Below, one piece after another: positions 55,129 to 64,000 of a stretch of 64,000 nucleotides of DNA. Under the pieces are notes generated by a model. That model saw only the letters and a program-made list of their open reading frames with translations. It searched no databases and had not been told where the DNA came from. Source of the stretch: Thermoplasmata archaeon (GTDB lineage Archaea; Thermoplasmatota; Thermoplasmata; Lutacidiplasmatales; UBA184); assembly GCA_035504395.1 (NCBI GenBank), contig DATJRX010000050.1, positions 11,926-75,925 of the forward strand, read 5' to 3'. The first letter of the stretch is position 1. The number at the start of each line of letters is the position of its first letter. A program made the position numbers and the translations under genes.

Positions 55129-56160
55129 GTGGGCGACCGCGTCGACCTCGTCCTGGACGCACGACGGGGCGAGCGGCTGACCGTCGAGCTGCCCCTCACG
55201 CTCCGGCGCCCGGTCGAGGAGTCGGCGCGGTCGCTCGACCTCGGCGACTGGGTCGACCTCACCGACCCGATCGTCGCGAAGGGGGTCTCGGTCGTCGACG
55301 CGGCCGCGCGGAACGACCCGCCGGTCTCGCTCGGCATCTTCGGCGGCGTCGCGCACCGGATCCGGTGTCCGTCCAGCAACGCGCCCGACCGGGGCCTGCG
55401 CCGTGAGCTCCACGATCTCGATCTTGCCTGCCGGCACAAGGAGATCCGCTCCGTGCGGGCCTTCCTGGAGACCGTCCACGAGCGGGAGGGGAGCGCGCTG
55501 CGCTTCTTCGCGACGTCGGGCGACCGCATCTTCAACTCCCTCGGGGAGGGACGGCGGTACCGATACCACATGCTGACCGCGCAGCAGGGCGCGGAGGTCG
55601 GCCTCGGCACGGTCGACCTGCTCGCGGACGAGTTCCGGTTCTGCCACCGGTTCGACCTCCGGGCGGATGTGGACGAGGCGCGCGCTCACCACGGCACCCT
55701 CTCCCTCGCGACCCTGCTCCTGGCGAAGCTCCAATTCGTCCAGCGGGTCCCGGAGGAGGGGGCCGGGAGCGTGCAGGAGCGCGTGCTCGAGCCGGTCGGG
55801 CGGCACGACCTCGCGATCGGGCCGGAGGCCAAGGATGTGCAGGACATCCTCGCGCTGCTGGCGGACCATCCGCTCGGCGAGGAACCCGATGCCATCTCCC
55901 CCAATCGGCTCGCGGCCGTGATCGGCGCGGATCCCGGTCTCGGCCACACCGTGACCCTGAACCTCGCGCTCCTCGGGCGATCGCCGGTCCTTTCGGCGGT
56001 GCCCGACCCGTGGCGGGCGACGATTCGATCGCGCCTCGCCGAGCTCGGCGCGCTCGTCGCGCGGGTCGCTCCCCGCTGGCGGCGCAGCCTGTTCGGCGGG
56101 CCATGGTGGGAGGAGGTCGACGCCCAGCCGTCCGTGGACGGGACGCTGAGCGTCCGCTGA
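55129..56160 (+). CDS. Hypothetical protein, possibly nucleotidyltransferase-fold (NTP_transf_5-like)
   Basis: IFGGVAHRIRCP...RELHDLDLACR fits the hG[GS]...DxD minimal NTase pattern. I preferred it over the overlapping R/E-rich minus-strand ORF 55006-55947. Confidence 0.5.
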   Translation: MGDRVDLVLDARRGERLTVELPLTLRRPVEESARSLDLGDWVDLTDPIVAKGVSVVDAAARNDPPVSLGIFGGVAHRIRCPSSNAPDRGLRRELHDLDLACRHKEIRSVRAFLETVHEREGSALRFFATSGDRIFNSLGEGRRYRYHMLTAQQGAEVGLGTVDLLADEFRFCHRFDLRADVDEARAHHGTLSLATLLLAKLQFVQRVPEEGAGSVQERVLEPVGRHDLAIGPEAKDVQDILALLADHPLGEEPDAISPNRLAAVIGADPGLGHTVTLNLALLGRSPVLSAVPDPWRATIRSRLAELGALVARVAPRWRRSLFGGPWWEEVDAQPSVDGTLSVR

Positions 56161-56164
56161 CGGC

Positions 56165-57118
56165 TCACCCCGACGTGAGCACGGCGGAACGGACGCGATC
56201 GGAGTCGAGATCGATCACTGCCCCCAGCAGGGCGCCCTCGGTATACGCGCTCCCGCAGTTGATCGAGAGCGTCCGGTCGAGCGAGGTCGTCCCCCGGGAC
56301 TCGTGGATGTGCCCGTGCAACCCCAGCAGCGGCTGGTGCCGAAGCAGCGCGGCCCGCACCGCGGTGCTGCCGACGTGGACCAGCTCCGGCTCCCCGCCGG
56401 GGGCCATCGCCTTCGTCAGGTTCGCGTCGAGGCGGGGCGCGAGGTCGAGCGGCGTCGAGTGTGGGGGCACGTGGAGGTTGAAGACCGCCGAGCCCGTGTG
56501 GTCGAGGCCGGCCGCGCCGGTGTCCAGCCGTCGCGCGATCTCGTCCTCGGGCAGCTCCCGGTACGTGTGCCAGGGCGTGGGGTTGCTGTAGGCGAGCGTC
56601 AGCATCTCGTGCCGGTCGTCGAGGCGCACGATCTCGTTGTCGGTGAGCTCCGCCCGCCCGTCCGCGGCGATCGCCGTCTCGACGACGGTGGGGTCATCGT
56701 TCCCGAGTCCGATGAGGAGCCGGGTGGGATCCGCGCCCAGCCGCTCGTCGGCCCACCGGAGCCACCCGGCGACCTCGGCCGGGGCGAGCCGCTGGAACAG
56801 GGCGTCGAGTCGATCCGGATGCGCCGTCAGTTCCTCCCACTCCGCGCGGGAGGTCCGGTACGGGATCGTCGCGCCGTCCCGTAGCGACCCCTCGAGGCGC
56901 TCCACGTCGGACTCGGGCGCGGTCCGGCGAGCCCCTTCGACCACCGCGATCCACTCGCCCTGCTCGAGCACGAGCGGGGTCACGGTCTTGGCAGTGATGT
57001 CGCCGCCGACGATCAGGAGGTCGGCCTTGTAGACGCGCGCGGCGTTGACGAACTTGCGCCAGCAGATCGCCGACCCGTGCAGGTCCGCGACGAAGAACAA
57101 CCGGGTCGCGTGGGGCAC
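56165..57118 (-). CDS. Metallophosphoesterase (calcineurin-like)
   Basis: FFVADLHGS, LLIVGGDIT, GLGNDD and GLHGHIHES are the canonical metallophosphoesterase metal-binding blocks. Confidence 0.8.
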   Translation of the reverse strand: MPHATRLFFVADLHGSAICWRKFVNAARVYKADLLIVGGDITAKTVTPLVLEQGEWIAVVEGARRTAPESDVERLEGSLRDGATIPYRTSRAEWEELTAHPDRLDALFQRLAPAEVAGWLRWADERLGADPTRLLIGLGNDDPTVVETAIAADGRAELTDNEIVRLDDRHEMLTLAYSNPTPWHTYRELPEDEIARRLDTGAAGLDHTGSAVFNLHVPPHSTPLDLAPRLDANLTKAMAPGGEPELVHVGSTAVRAALLRHQPLLGLHGHIHESRGTTSLDRTLSINCGSAYTEGALLGAVIDLDSDRVRSAVLTSG

Positions 57119-57243
57119 TCGGAACGACCTCGAGCCGGGGAGACCCGGCGGGGGTAAAGGCTAGCCGAACGCAAGGGGGGGTCCCGGGGGTGATCCCACC
57201 GGGACCCGAGAAGGGGTTGTGCGCCGCCGATCGGGGAGGACGT

Positions 57244-58911
57244 TCAGTCCTCGCCGAAGTCGCCGCCCATTCCGCCCATGCCGCCCATGCCGCCGGGACC
57301 CCCGGGGCCGCCCGGGCCGCCGGAGGGCGGCGGGCTCGACTTGGACGCGATGACGTCGTCGATGCGGAGGATCATGACCGCCGCATCCGTGGCGCTCTCG
57401 ATCGCCTGCTTTCCGACGCGGATCGGCTCGATGACGTGGAGCTTGACCATGTCGTCGACCTTGCCCGTCTGGATGTTGACGCCGGCGGTCTTCTGGCCGC
57501 CCTTGTGCGCCTTGCGCAGCTCGATCAGGATGTCGATCGGGTCGAGCCCCGCGTTCTCGGCGAGCGTCCGTGGGATCGTCTCGAGCGCTTCGGCGAAGCT
57601 CTCGAAGGCGAGCTGCTCACGGCCGCCGACCTTCGCGGCCTCGTCGCGCAGGTGCAGGGCGAGCTCGCTCGCCGTCGCGCCGCCGCCGACGACCCACCGG
57701 CCGTCCTCGACCGCGATCGCGACCACGTTGAGGGCGTCGTCGAGCGACCGCTCGATCTCGTCCAGCACGTGCTCGGTGCCGCCGCGGATTAGGATCGACA
57801 CGGCGCGCGCCTTCTTAGCGCCCGTGACGAACGTCAACGCGTCGTCGCCGATCTTCCGCTCCTCGACCAGGCCCGCGGCCCCGACGTCGGACGGAGTGAG
57901 CTCGCTGACCTTCGAGACGATGCTCGCCCCGGTGGCCTTCGCAAGCTTCTCCATGTCGGACTTCTTGACGCGGCGGACCGCGTAGATCCCGTCCTTCGCG
58001 AGGTAGTGCTGGGCGAGGTCGTCGATGCCCTTCTGGACGAAGACGACGTTGGCGCCGGACTTCTTCACCGTCTCGACCATCCGCTTCAGCATGTTCTCCT
58101 CCTCCTGGAGGAACGCGTTCAGCTGGGACGGGTCGTTGATCTCGATCTTCGCGTCGATCTCGGTCTTCTTGATCTCGAGCGCGGCGTCCAGCAGCGCGAT
58201 CTTCGGGCTCTCGACCCGGGACGGCATCCCGGAGTGGACCTTCTCCTTGTCGACGATGACCCCCTCGATCAGCGAGGTGTCGGAGATCTGGCCGCCCTGC
58301 TTCTTGATCAGCTGGATGTTGTCGAGGTCGACGTTGTGCGCCTCGCCCTTCTTCTCGGCGACGGCGCTGACGGCCTTGACGGCGATCTCGCCGAGCTCCT
58401 CGCGGTTGAACGAGACCGACTTCGACGCCATCGAGGTGATCGCGATCTGCTTCAGCGTCTCGAGGTCCTCCGGCCCGACCGGCTGGCTGATCTTGTTCAG
58501 GATCTCGAGCGCCTTCGCGGACGCCATGCGGTAGCCCTGGGAGATGATCGTGGGGTGGATGTTCTGCTCCACGAGCGTCTCGGCGCGCTTCAGGAGCTCG
58601 CCGGCGAGCACGACCGCGGTGGTCGTTCCGTCCCCGGCTTCCTGGTCCTGGGTCTTCGCGACCTCGACCAGCATCTTCGCGGCGGGGTGCTCGACGTCCA
58701 TCTCCTTGAGGATCGTGACGCCGTCGTTCGTCACGACCACGTCGCCCATCGAGTCGACGAGCATCTTGTCGAGCCCGCGCGGGCCGAGCGTCGAACGGAC
58801 CGCGTCGGCGATCGCTTTCGCGGCCTGGATGTTGTTCGTGAGCGCTCCGCGCCCCTTTTCCCGCTTCGTTCCCTCTCGCAGCACCAGAATCGGCGTGTTC
58901 CCTGCCATCAT
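57244..58911 (-). CDS. ths: Thermosome subunit (group II chaperonin)
   Basis: Trimmed to [20 protein letters not shown]. Motifs are [35 protein letters not shown] and [10 protein letters not shown]. The C-terminal tail is [11 protein letters not shown]. Confidence 0.95.
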   Translation of the reverse strand: MMAGNTPILVLREGTKREKGRGALTNNIQAAKAIADAVRSTLGPRGLDKMLVDSMGDVVVTNDGVTILKEMDVEHPAAKMLVEVAKTQDQEAGDGTTTAVVLAGELLKRAETLVEQNIHPTIISQGYRMASAKALEILNKISQPVGPEDLETLKQIAITSMASKSVSFNREELGEIAVKAVSAVAEKKGEAHNVDLDNIQLIKKQGGQISDTSLIEGVIVDKEKVHSGMPSRVESPKIALLDAALEIKKTEIDAKIEINDPSQLNAFLQEEENMLKRMVETVKKSGANVVFVQKGIDDLAQHYLAKDGIYAVRRVKKSDMEKLAKATGASIVSKVSELTPSDVGAAGLVEERKIGDDALTFVTGAKKARAVSILIRGGTEHVLDEIERSLDDALNVVAIAVEDGRWVVGGGATASELALHLRDEAAKVGGREQLAFESFAEALETIPRTLAENAGLDPIDILIELRKAHKGGQKTAGVNIQTGKVDDMVKLHVIEPIRVGKQAIESATDAAVMILRIDDVIASKSSPPPSGGPGGPGGPGGMGGMGGMGGDFGED

Positions 58912-58963
58912 GTTCGTATCGCCGAGATCGACCTCGGCGTTCCGGTAAAGTGAAAAAGCCCTT

Positions 58964-58971
58964 CTATTTAA
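58964..58971 (-). promoter_or_regulatory. TATA box upstream of the thermosome gene
   Basis: The minus strand reads TTAAATAG, preceded by a purine-rich BRE-like stretch. It lies ~53 nt upstream of the ATG at 58911. Confidence 0.4.
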
Positions 58972-59077
58972 TGATGTCTTGGCCCGTCCGAGAGCCGAGA
59001 AACGCCTCCGGGGGGAGCGGGACGAGGTTTCAAGTGTCGGGGTGCCCGTGGCCCCACCACGTCCGGGAGTCGGTTCC

Positions 59078-60460
59078 ATGCCACGGCTTTCGATCTGCAT
59101 CAACACTCAGACCCCGCTCGTCCAGTTCCGCGGGGTCGCGGGCGGGAGTCTCCTCGATCCCGCCCAGGCCGAGTCGGTTGAGCTCGACCGCCTCCGCGAG
59201 GGGGTCGACTACCGGTTCTCGCCCGGGGGCGTCACCCGGATGGTCTATCCGCTCGTCAAGCGGCTGCTCAAGGACCGGGTCCTGAGCGAAGCGCACTGGG
59301 TCTCGCTCAACCCGAACGCCCCCCCCACCGTCGGGATCGGCCGCCTGACGCTCCACAACGTGCGGATCGACAGCGATCGGATGGCCGGCTACGGGGCGGT
59401 CAAGGAGGCGATCTGGGGCCGCATCCACGACCTCGATCCGACGGAACGGCACGACGACCTGTTCTGGACCGAGGCGTTCTCGGAGTACGCGTACTACAAC
59501 CGGGCGACGGCCGAGCTGATTCGCCGGCTGGACGAGGCGCACGATTTCGACGCGTTCTACGTGCACGACTTCCAGCAGATGCCCGTCGGCCACATGCTGA
59601 GCACGCTCAAGCCCAAGATCTTCCGGTGGCACATCCCGTTCGAGGTGAGCGCGATCCCGGACCAGTGGCGGGCGATGCTGCGGACGTACCTCGACGCGTA
59701 CGACGTCGTGGTCGTGAGCGCCCGCCGCTACGCCGAGTCCCTCGGAGTGCTCTCGCCGAAGGGACGCGTGCTGCAGATGTATCCGTACCTGGACCCGGCG
59801 GACTACTCGCGGCCGGGGCCGGCGGCCGTCGCCGAGGTGAGCGCCCGCTTCGGTCTCGCGCCGGACGACGAGGTCATCCTCGTGGTCGCGCGGATGGACC
59901 CGATGAAGGGCCAGGATGTCGCGATCCGCGCGTTGGCGGAGATCGCCGACCGGCATCCCAACGCGAAGCTGGTCCTCGTCGGCAACGGCAGCTTCTCGGG
60001 CTCGGCCGCGGGCCTGGGACTCTCGAAGGCGCAAGTCTGGCGCCAGCAGCTCGAGGGGCTCGTGGCGGAGAAGGGCCTCGGAGGCCGGGTCGTCTTCACC
60101 GGACATGTGGGCCAGGACGAGCTCGACGGGCTGTACGAGCGCTGCCGGTTCACGGTGCTTCCGTCGGTCCGGGAGGGGTTCGGTCTGGTCGCCGTCGAGA
60201 GCTGGGTCCACGGCAAGCCCGCGATCGTCACCCAGCGCGCGGGCGTCGCCGAGCTGATCCGGGACGGCGTGCACGGGTTCCTGTTCGACCCCGACGATCC
60301 GGGGGAGCTCGCCCGGAAAATGGATCGTCTGCTCGGGGCTCGCGGCGGTGGGCTTAGGCCCCGGCTGGTCCGGAACGGGCGGGCCCTCGCCCGCAAGTGC
60401 TCCCTCGACGCGGCGATCGAGAACGAGCGGAGCCTGCTCACCGAGGTCGCCGAGGCGTAG
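59078..60460 (+). CDS. Retaining glycosyltransferase, GT4-like (TreT / sugar-synthase-like)
   Basis: Trimmed to [13 protein letters not shown]. Motifs are [31 protein letters not shown] and [20 protein letters not shown] (EX7E). Confidence 0.8.
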   Translation: MPRLSICINTQTPLVQFRGVAGGSLLDPAQAESVELDRLREGVDYRFSPGGVTRMVYPLVKRLLKDRVLSEAHWVSLNPNAPPTVGIGRLTLHNVRIDSDRMAGYGAVKEAIWGRIHDLDPTERHDDLFWTEAFSEYAYYNRATAELIRRLDEAHDFDAFYVHDFQQMPVGHMLSTLKPKIFRWHIPFEVSAIPDQWRAMLRTYLDAYDVVVVSARRYAESLGVLSPKGRVLQMYPYLDPADYSRPGPAAVAEVSARFGLAPDDEVILVVARMDPMKGQDVAIRALAEIADRHPNAKLVLVGNGSFSGSAAGLGLSKAQVWRQQLEGLVAEKGLGGRVVFTGHVGQDELDGLYERCRFTVLPSVREGFGLVAVESWVHGKPAIVTQRAGVAELIRDGVHGFLFDPDDPGELARKMDRLLGARGGGLRPRLVRNGRALARKCSLDAAIENERSLLTEVAEA

Positions 60461-61219
60461 ATGTCCGTCCTCGGTTTCCTCTCCCCGCTCGTCCCCTTCG
60501 TCCCGGTCGGGGTCATCCTCCTCGCGACCGCGGTGGTGGCCTGGATCGCGGCGTTCGTGGTCGGCCGCCTCCTGCGGCAGAGCTCGCCGCCGCTCCAGCG
60601 GGCGGCGCGGCAGCTGACGGCGGGCACGATCGCGGTCATCGGAGTGACGCTCGCCCTGCAGGCGCTCGGCGTCAACCCGGCGATCCTGTTCGTGATGATC
60701 GCGCTCCTCGGCGCGACCGCCCTGATCGCGCTCCGCGGCGTGCTCGCGAACTACGGCGCGAAGTACTTCTCGGACATCTACGTCCCGTTCAAGGTCGGCG
60801 ATACGATCGAAGTCCGCTCGGCGACCGGGAAGGTGATCGAGATCAACCCGATGACCACCGTCCTTCTCACGGAAGCCGACCAGCTGGTCTCGGTACCCAA
60901 CGACGCGATGCTGCGGGAGGTCGTGGTCAACACCTCGCCGCAGGCATGGAAGGAGGTCGTGGTCCCGGTGACCGTCGGCGGCAGCGTCGACCTCGCCGCC
61001 TACGAGAGCGAGCTCCTGAAGTCGCTCGCGAAGCTCCGCTCCCGGCTCGACCCGCGCTTTCCTCCCGTGCTGACTACGAAGTCGCGGTCCGCCCAGTCGG
61101 CCGACCTCGTACTGACCCTCATGCTCCGGCGGCCCGAGGATCGCGACGCGATCACGGCCGAGGCGAACAAGCGGATCACCGAGCTCCTCGAGCGGGCCCG
61201 GAGCACCCGACGCACCTGA
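60461..61219 (+). CDS. Small mechanosensitive-channel (MscS) family protein
   Basis: Three TM helices, then FKVGDTIEVRSATGKVIEINPMTTVLLTEADQLVSVPN (MscS beta domain). Its ATG directly follows the upstream TAG. Confidence 0.75.
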   Translation: MSVLGFLSPLVPFVPVGVILLATAVVAWIAAFVVGRLLRQSSPPLQRAARQLTAGTIAVIGVTLALQALGVNPAILFVMIALLGATALIALRGVLANYGAKYFSDIYVPFKVGDTIEVRSATGKVIEINPMTTVLLTEADQLVSVPNDAMLREVVVNTSPQAWKEVVVPVTVGGSVDLAAYESELLKSLAKLRSRLDPRFPPVLTTKSRSAQSADLVLTLMLRRPEDRDAITAEANKRITELLERARSTRRT

Positions 61220-61396
61220 GCTGGGTCGCCCGCTCCGCGATTGCGAACGGAGGCCGGGCGGGTCGCGGGGTCGAGCTCGCCGTCGTTCCCTCGGCGCGGC
61301 CGGCCTCGGTGTCTGGAATCGGGCCGGACCGAATGTCGTCCGCTCGGGGGAGACGGCCCTGCGGCCGCGACCCCCGAGGCCGACCGAAGCCGGGCC

Positions 61397-62209
61397 CTAG
61401 CCGCCGTAGCGGCGGCGGCGCAGCTGGAACGCCCGGATCGCCCGGAGGAACTCGAGGTGCGTGAGCCCCGGCCACATCACGTCCGAGAAGTACAGTTCGC
61501 TGTAGGCCGACTGCCACAGCAGGAAGTTCGAGATCCGCTCCTCGCCGCTCGTCCGGAAGATGAGGTCGGGGTCGGGGAGGTCCTTCGTGTAGAGGTGCCG
61601 GGAGACCGCCTCCGAGTCGATCGAGTCCGGGTCCAGCCCACCGTCCCGCACTTCCTTCGCGATCGCGCGGATCGCCTGGACGATCTCGTCGCGACCGCCG
61701 TAGGCGAGCGCGACGTTGTACTGGTAGGCGGAGTACGACTCGGTCGCCTTCTCCGCGATCGCGATCGCTTCCTGGACCCGCGCGGGGAGGGCCCGTCGGT
61801 TCCCGATCACCCGAACCCGGATCTGGTGGCGGTGGACTCGCTCGTCGACCGCGATGTCGCGGAGCGCGCGGTCGAACAGGTCCATCAGCCCCTCGAGCTC
61901 CTCGGCGGACCGCGAGAAGTTCTCGGTCGAGAGCGCGTAGACCGTCAGGATCCGGATCTTGAGCTCGAGGCACCAGTTGAGCAGCTCCTCGAGGGTGTCC
62001 CGACCGGCCGCGTGGCCGTCCTTGATCTCGAGGCCCATCTCGCCGGCGAACCGCCGGTTCCCGTCCATGATGATGGCGAGGTGGTGCGGGACCGGGGCCT
62101 CGCGCACGAGCTCGAGCAGGCGCCGCTCCGTCAGGTCGCGGAGCGTGTCGCCGACGATGTGCGAGAGGTACGGGGAAGACGAGCCCTTCCCGCGCTTTTC
62201 GTCCGGCAC
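61397..62209 (-). CDS. uppS: cis-prenyltransferase, undecaprenyl/dolichyl-type diphosphate synthase
   Basis: HLAIIMDGNRRFA, LTVYALSTENFSR, and RTSGEERISNFLLWQSAYSELYF. Confidence 0.95.
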   Translation of the reverse strand: MPDEKRGKGSSSPYLSHIVGDTLRDLTERRLLELVREAPVPHHLAIIMDGNRRFAGEMGLEIKDGHAAGRDTLEELLNWCLELKIRILTVYALSTENFSRSAEELEGLMDLFDRALRDIAVDERVHRHQIRVRVIGNRRALPARVQEAIAIAEKATESYSAYQYNVALAYGGRDEIVQAIRAIAKEVRDGGLDPDSIDSEAVSRHLYTKDLPDPDLIFRTSGEERISNFLLWQSAYSELYFSDVMWPGLTHLEFLRAIRAFQLRRRRYGG

Positions 62210-62272
62210 GTCCGATCGATACCTTCCGGAAGATAAGGGGTCGAGGGCCGCGTGGGACGGCCCGGAGGGAGG

Positions 62273-62378
62273 CGCCCTGGTCGGGAGTTCCGGGCCGGGG
62301 GAGCGGGTCCCCCGGCGCCTTCGAACCCGAGTCGCAGGCTCGACAGACCTACATCCTAGACCACTAGACTACCAGGGC
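62273..62378 (-). tRNA. tRNA-Asp (anticodon GUC) interrupted by a 33-nt insertion in the T-loop
   Basis: Hand fold of the minus strand. Acceptor is GCCCUGG/CCAGGGC (7 bp). D arm is GUCUAGUGGUCUAGGA. Anticodon stem is UAGGU/GCCUG with loop CUGUCGA. T stem is UCGGG/CCCGA. The T-loop UUCGAA...U is split by 33 nt. Discriminator is G. CCA is not encoded. Confidence 0.8.
62287..62319 (-). other. Putative non-canonical tRNA intron (T-loop position, about 59/60; exact junction ambiguous)
   Basis: GGCGCCGGGGGACCCGCUCCCCCGGCCCGGAAC contains an 8-bp hairpin, CCGGGGGA/UCCCCCGG. Removing it restores a 73-nt cloverleaf with T-loop UUCGAAU. Confidence 0.55.
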
Positions 62379-62581
62379 AGCCTCGCGGGCGTAACCGCTC
62401 CCCGCTATGAACCTTGCCGGCGGCGCCCGGTTCCCCGCGGTCCTCGCGCGCCCCCGCGCGCGCGGCGCGCGCGCGTCCGACCGGCGGCGACGGAACCCCT
62501 CGCTCGACCCGCGATGCCGATGGAAGCCGGCGCTTATCTATCGCGCGAGCGACTTAGCCCGATCACCACGGGGTCCGGACC

Positions 62582-62734
62582 ATGTCGGCGATGCGCAGCT
62601 GGTTCTACGCGGTGATCGGAGTGCTCGGCCTGGTGCTCGTGCTGCACCACCTTGGGATCGACGTGACGGGCGCGATGGGGTCCGTGGTCCACGGGCTCGA
62701 GCAGGTGCTCGGCCGACCGCTGCTCACGCTGTAG
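62582..62734 (+). CDS. Possible 50-aa single-TM small protein
   Basis: Too short for the ORF track. Hand translation gives MSAMRSWFYAVIGVLGLVLVLHHLGIDVTGAMGSVVHGLEQVLGRPLLTL. Third positions are nearly all G/C. A TTATCTAT element lies ~40 nt upstream. Confidence 0.3.
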   Translation: MSAMRSWFYAVIGVLGLVLVLHHLGIDVTGAMGSVVHGLEQVLGRPLLTL

Positions 62735-63731
62735 GCCGCGGGGGCCGCGCCGCACGGCGGATCGCGCCGGCGAGCGCCCCGGGGCGCACGACGCCCGACG
62801 GGGTGACGAACGCGGTCACGTACTTCGCGGGCGTCACGTCGAACGCCGGGTTCCGGGCGTGGCTCGCGCCGGGGGCGGTCGGCCGCCCCGCATAGGCGAG
62901 CACCTCCGCTTCGGACCGTTCCTCGACCGGGATCGCGGCGCCCGAGGCGCGGGTCGGATCGAACGTGCTCCACGGCGCGGCGACGTAGAACGGGACGCCG
63001 TTCTCGTGGGCGAGGACCGCCTTCTCGTAGGTCCCGATCTTGTTCGCGAAGTCCCCGTTGCGGGCGATCCGGTCCGCGCCGACGATCACGGCGTCGACCT
63101 GGCCGGTGCGGAAGAAATGTCCGGCAGCGTTGTCGGCGATGATCGCGTGCGGGATCCGTTCCCGTGCGAGCTCCCACGCGGTGAGCCGAGATCCCTGGAG
63201 CAGGGGCCGGGTCTCGTCGACCCACACGAACAGGTGGGCCCCCCGGTCTCGGGCCACCCGGAGGGGGGCGAGGGCGGTGCCCCACTCCACGGTGGCGAGC
63301 GCGCCGGCGTTGCAATGGGTGAGCACGCGCCGGGTCGTTCGGAAGAGCGGAGCGCCCGACGTCCCGATGCGGTGGCACTCCTCGACGATCCGCGCCCGGT
63401 AGGCGTCGGCTGCGGCGAGCGGGTCGTCGCCCGCCTCCCACGCCCGTCGCACGAACTCGATGCCGTGGAAGAGGTCCACCGCCGTGGGACGCGTCGCGCC
63501 CAGCTCCCGGGCCGCCCGGGACGGGGAGTACGTCCCCGCGCGATGCGCGAGCACCATCCCGTACGCCGCCGCGACCCCGATCGACGGCGCGCCGCGGACC
63601 GCCAGTGTCCGGATCGCGTCGGCGACCTCAGGAAGCGTCGTGAGCCGGCGCACGTGGGTCCGACGAGGGAGCTCGCGCTGGTCGAGGATCGAGAGGGCGC
63701 CGCGCGCGTACCACAGGGCGCGGACCGGCAT
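62724..63731 (-). CDS. mtnA: Methylthioribose-1-phosphate isomerase / eIF-2B-related sugar-phosphate isomerase
   Basis: ILDQRELP, LAVRGAPSIGVAAAYG, THCNAGALAT and GADRIARNGDFANKIGTY are MtnA/eIF-2B alpha-beta-delta family motifs. Confidence 0.9.
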   Translation of the reverse strand: MPVRALWYARGALSILDQRELPRRTHVRRLTTLPEVADAIRTLAVRGAPSIGVAAAYGMVLAHRAGTYSPSRAARELGATRPTAVDLFHGIEFVRRAWEAGDDPLAAADAYRARIVEECHRIGTSGAPLFRTTRRVLTHCNAGALATVEWGTALAPLRVARDRGAHLFVWVDETRPLLQGSRLTAWELARERIPHAIIADNAAGHFFRTGQVDAVIVGADRIARNGDFANKIGTYEKAVLAHENGVPFYVAAPWSTFDPTRASGAAIPVEERSEAEVLAYAGRPTAPGASHARNPAFDVTPAKYVTAFVTPSGVVRPGALAGAIRRAARPPRPTA

Positions 63732-63739
63732 CGGTCCCC

Positions 63740-64000
63740 TCAGGCCTCGAAGGTCCGGAGCAGGTCGATCCAGTCCGGGGTCACGGTCTTCGTGGTGCCG
63801 ACGGCCTCGTCCAGGGGGATCCCGACCACCCGCTCTCCGCGCAGGACCGCGACCTCCCCGAACCGTCCCGCGAGCGCGAGATCAACGGCGCCGGCGCCGA
63901 GCCGGGTCGCGAGGATCCGGTCGAACAGCTCGGGCGGGCCTCCCCGCTGGATGTGGCCGATCTGGGCGCTGCGCGACTCGACGCCCGTGGCCTCCTGGAT
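63740..64000 (-). CDS. 6-phosphofructokinase (PfkA family), C-terminal fragment; gene leaves the window
   Basis: Hand translation of the minus strand gives IQEATGVESRSAQIGHIQRGGPPELFDRILATRLGAGAVDLAL...VVGIPLDEAV. It contains the PfkA GH(I/V)QRGG motif. The stop is at 63740-63742. Confidence 0.75.
   Translation of the reverse strand: MQEATGVESRSAQIGHIQRGGPPELFDRILATRLGAGAVDLALAGRFGEVAVLRGERVVGIPLDEAVGTTKTVTPDWIDLLRTFEA

Noticed and set aside
55006-55947. 313-aa minus-strand ORF
   Set aside because: It has an R/E/D/P-rich composition without motifs. It overlaps a plus-strand ORF that has a more protein-like sequence and an NTase-like motif. The call is still uncertain, which is reflected in the 0.5 confidence for the plus-strand gene.
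57244-57310. Tandem DNA repeat (ggcatgggcggc units)
   Set aside because: It is explained by the well-known GGM repeat tail at the thermosome C-terminus. It is not an independent repeat element.
1-64000. CRISPR arrays, rRNA genes, prophage, transposases or integrases
   Set aside because: I saw no regularly spaced direct repeats, no rRNA-like conserved stretches and no ORF with transposase, integrase or capsid-like motifs. The only tRNA has no flanking integrase or attachment-site-like duplication that I could detect.

Overview
Very GC-rich archaeal chromosomal segment. In the stretches I checked by hand, codon third positions are almost all G/C. It is densely packed with about 60 protein genes and one intron-containing tRNA. 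I found no rRNA, no CRISPR array and no recognisable transposase or integrase.

Archaeal identity rests on these genes:
- thermosome
- sn-glycerol-1-phosphate dehydrogenase
- Hel308
- an Orc1/Cdc6-like AAA+ protein
- the ftsZ-secE-spt5-rpl11 block
- MptE
- archaeal-type LeuRS
- SMC-ScpA-ScpB

A Thermoplasmatota-like euryarchaeon is a loose guess only.

Most of the window is housekeeping or central metabolism. The left edge carries the membrane module of a group-4 (Hyf/formate-hydrogenlyase-like) hydrogenase.

The six-frame track is full of long antisense or read-through ORFs, as expected at this GC content. I trimmed composite ORFs to the internal start that matches the recognisable domain. 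Many adjacent genes overlap by ATGA or TGATG, which suggests translational coupling.

Best candidate for an undescribed system: a three-gene operon at 3755-8785. It encodes a dynamin-like GTPase followed by two tandem MutS-like ABC ATPases. Both lack a mismatch-binding domain and both carry an unusual Asn-Glu Walker B.

Other points worth a second look:
- a tRNA-Asp(GUC) with a 33-nt insertion in the T-loop
- an Spt5/NusG with a ~180-aa N-terminal beta-rich extension
- a small ORF coupled to rpl11 where L1/L10/L12 normally sit
- a Lys/Pro/Ala-rich small basic protein
- an Orc1/Cdc6 paralogue with degenerate Walker A and B
- a membrane-tethered sedolisin with a cytoplasmic zinc ribbon
- several perfect palindromes in intergenic regions
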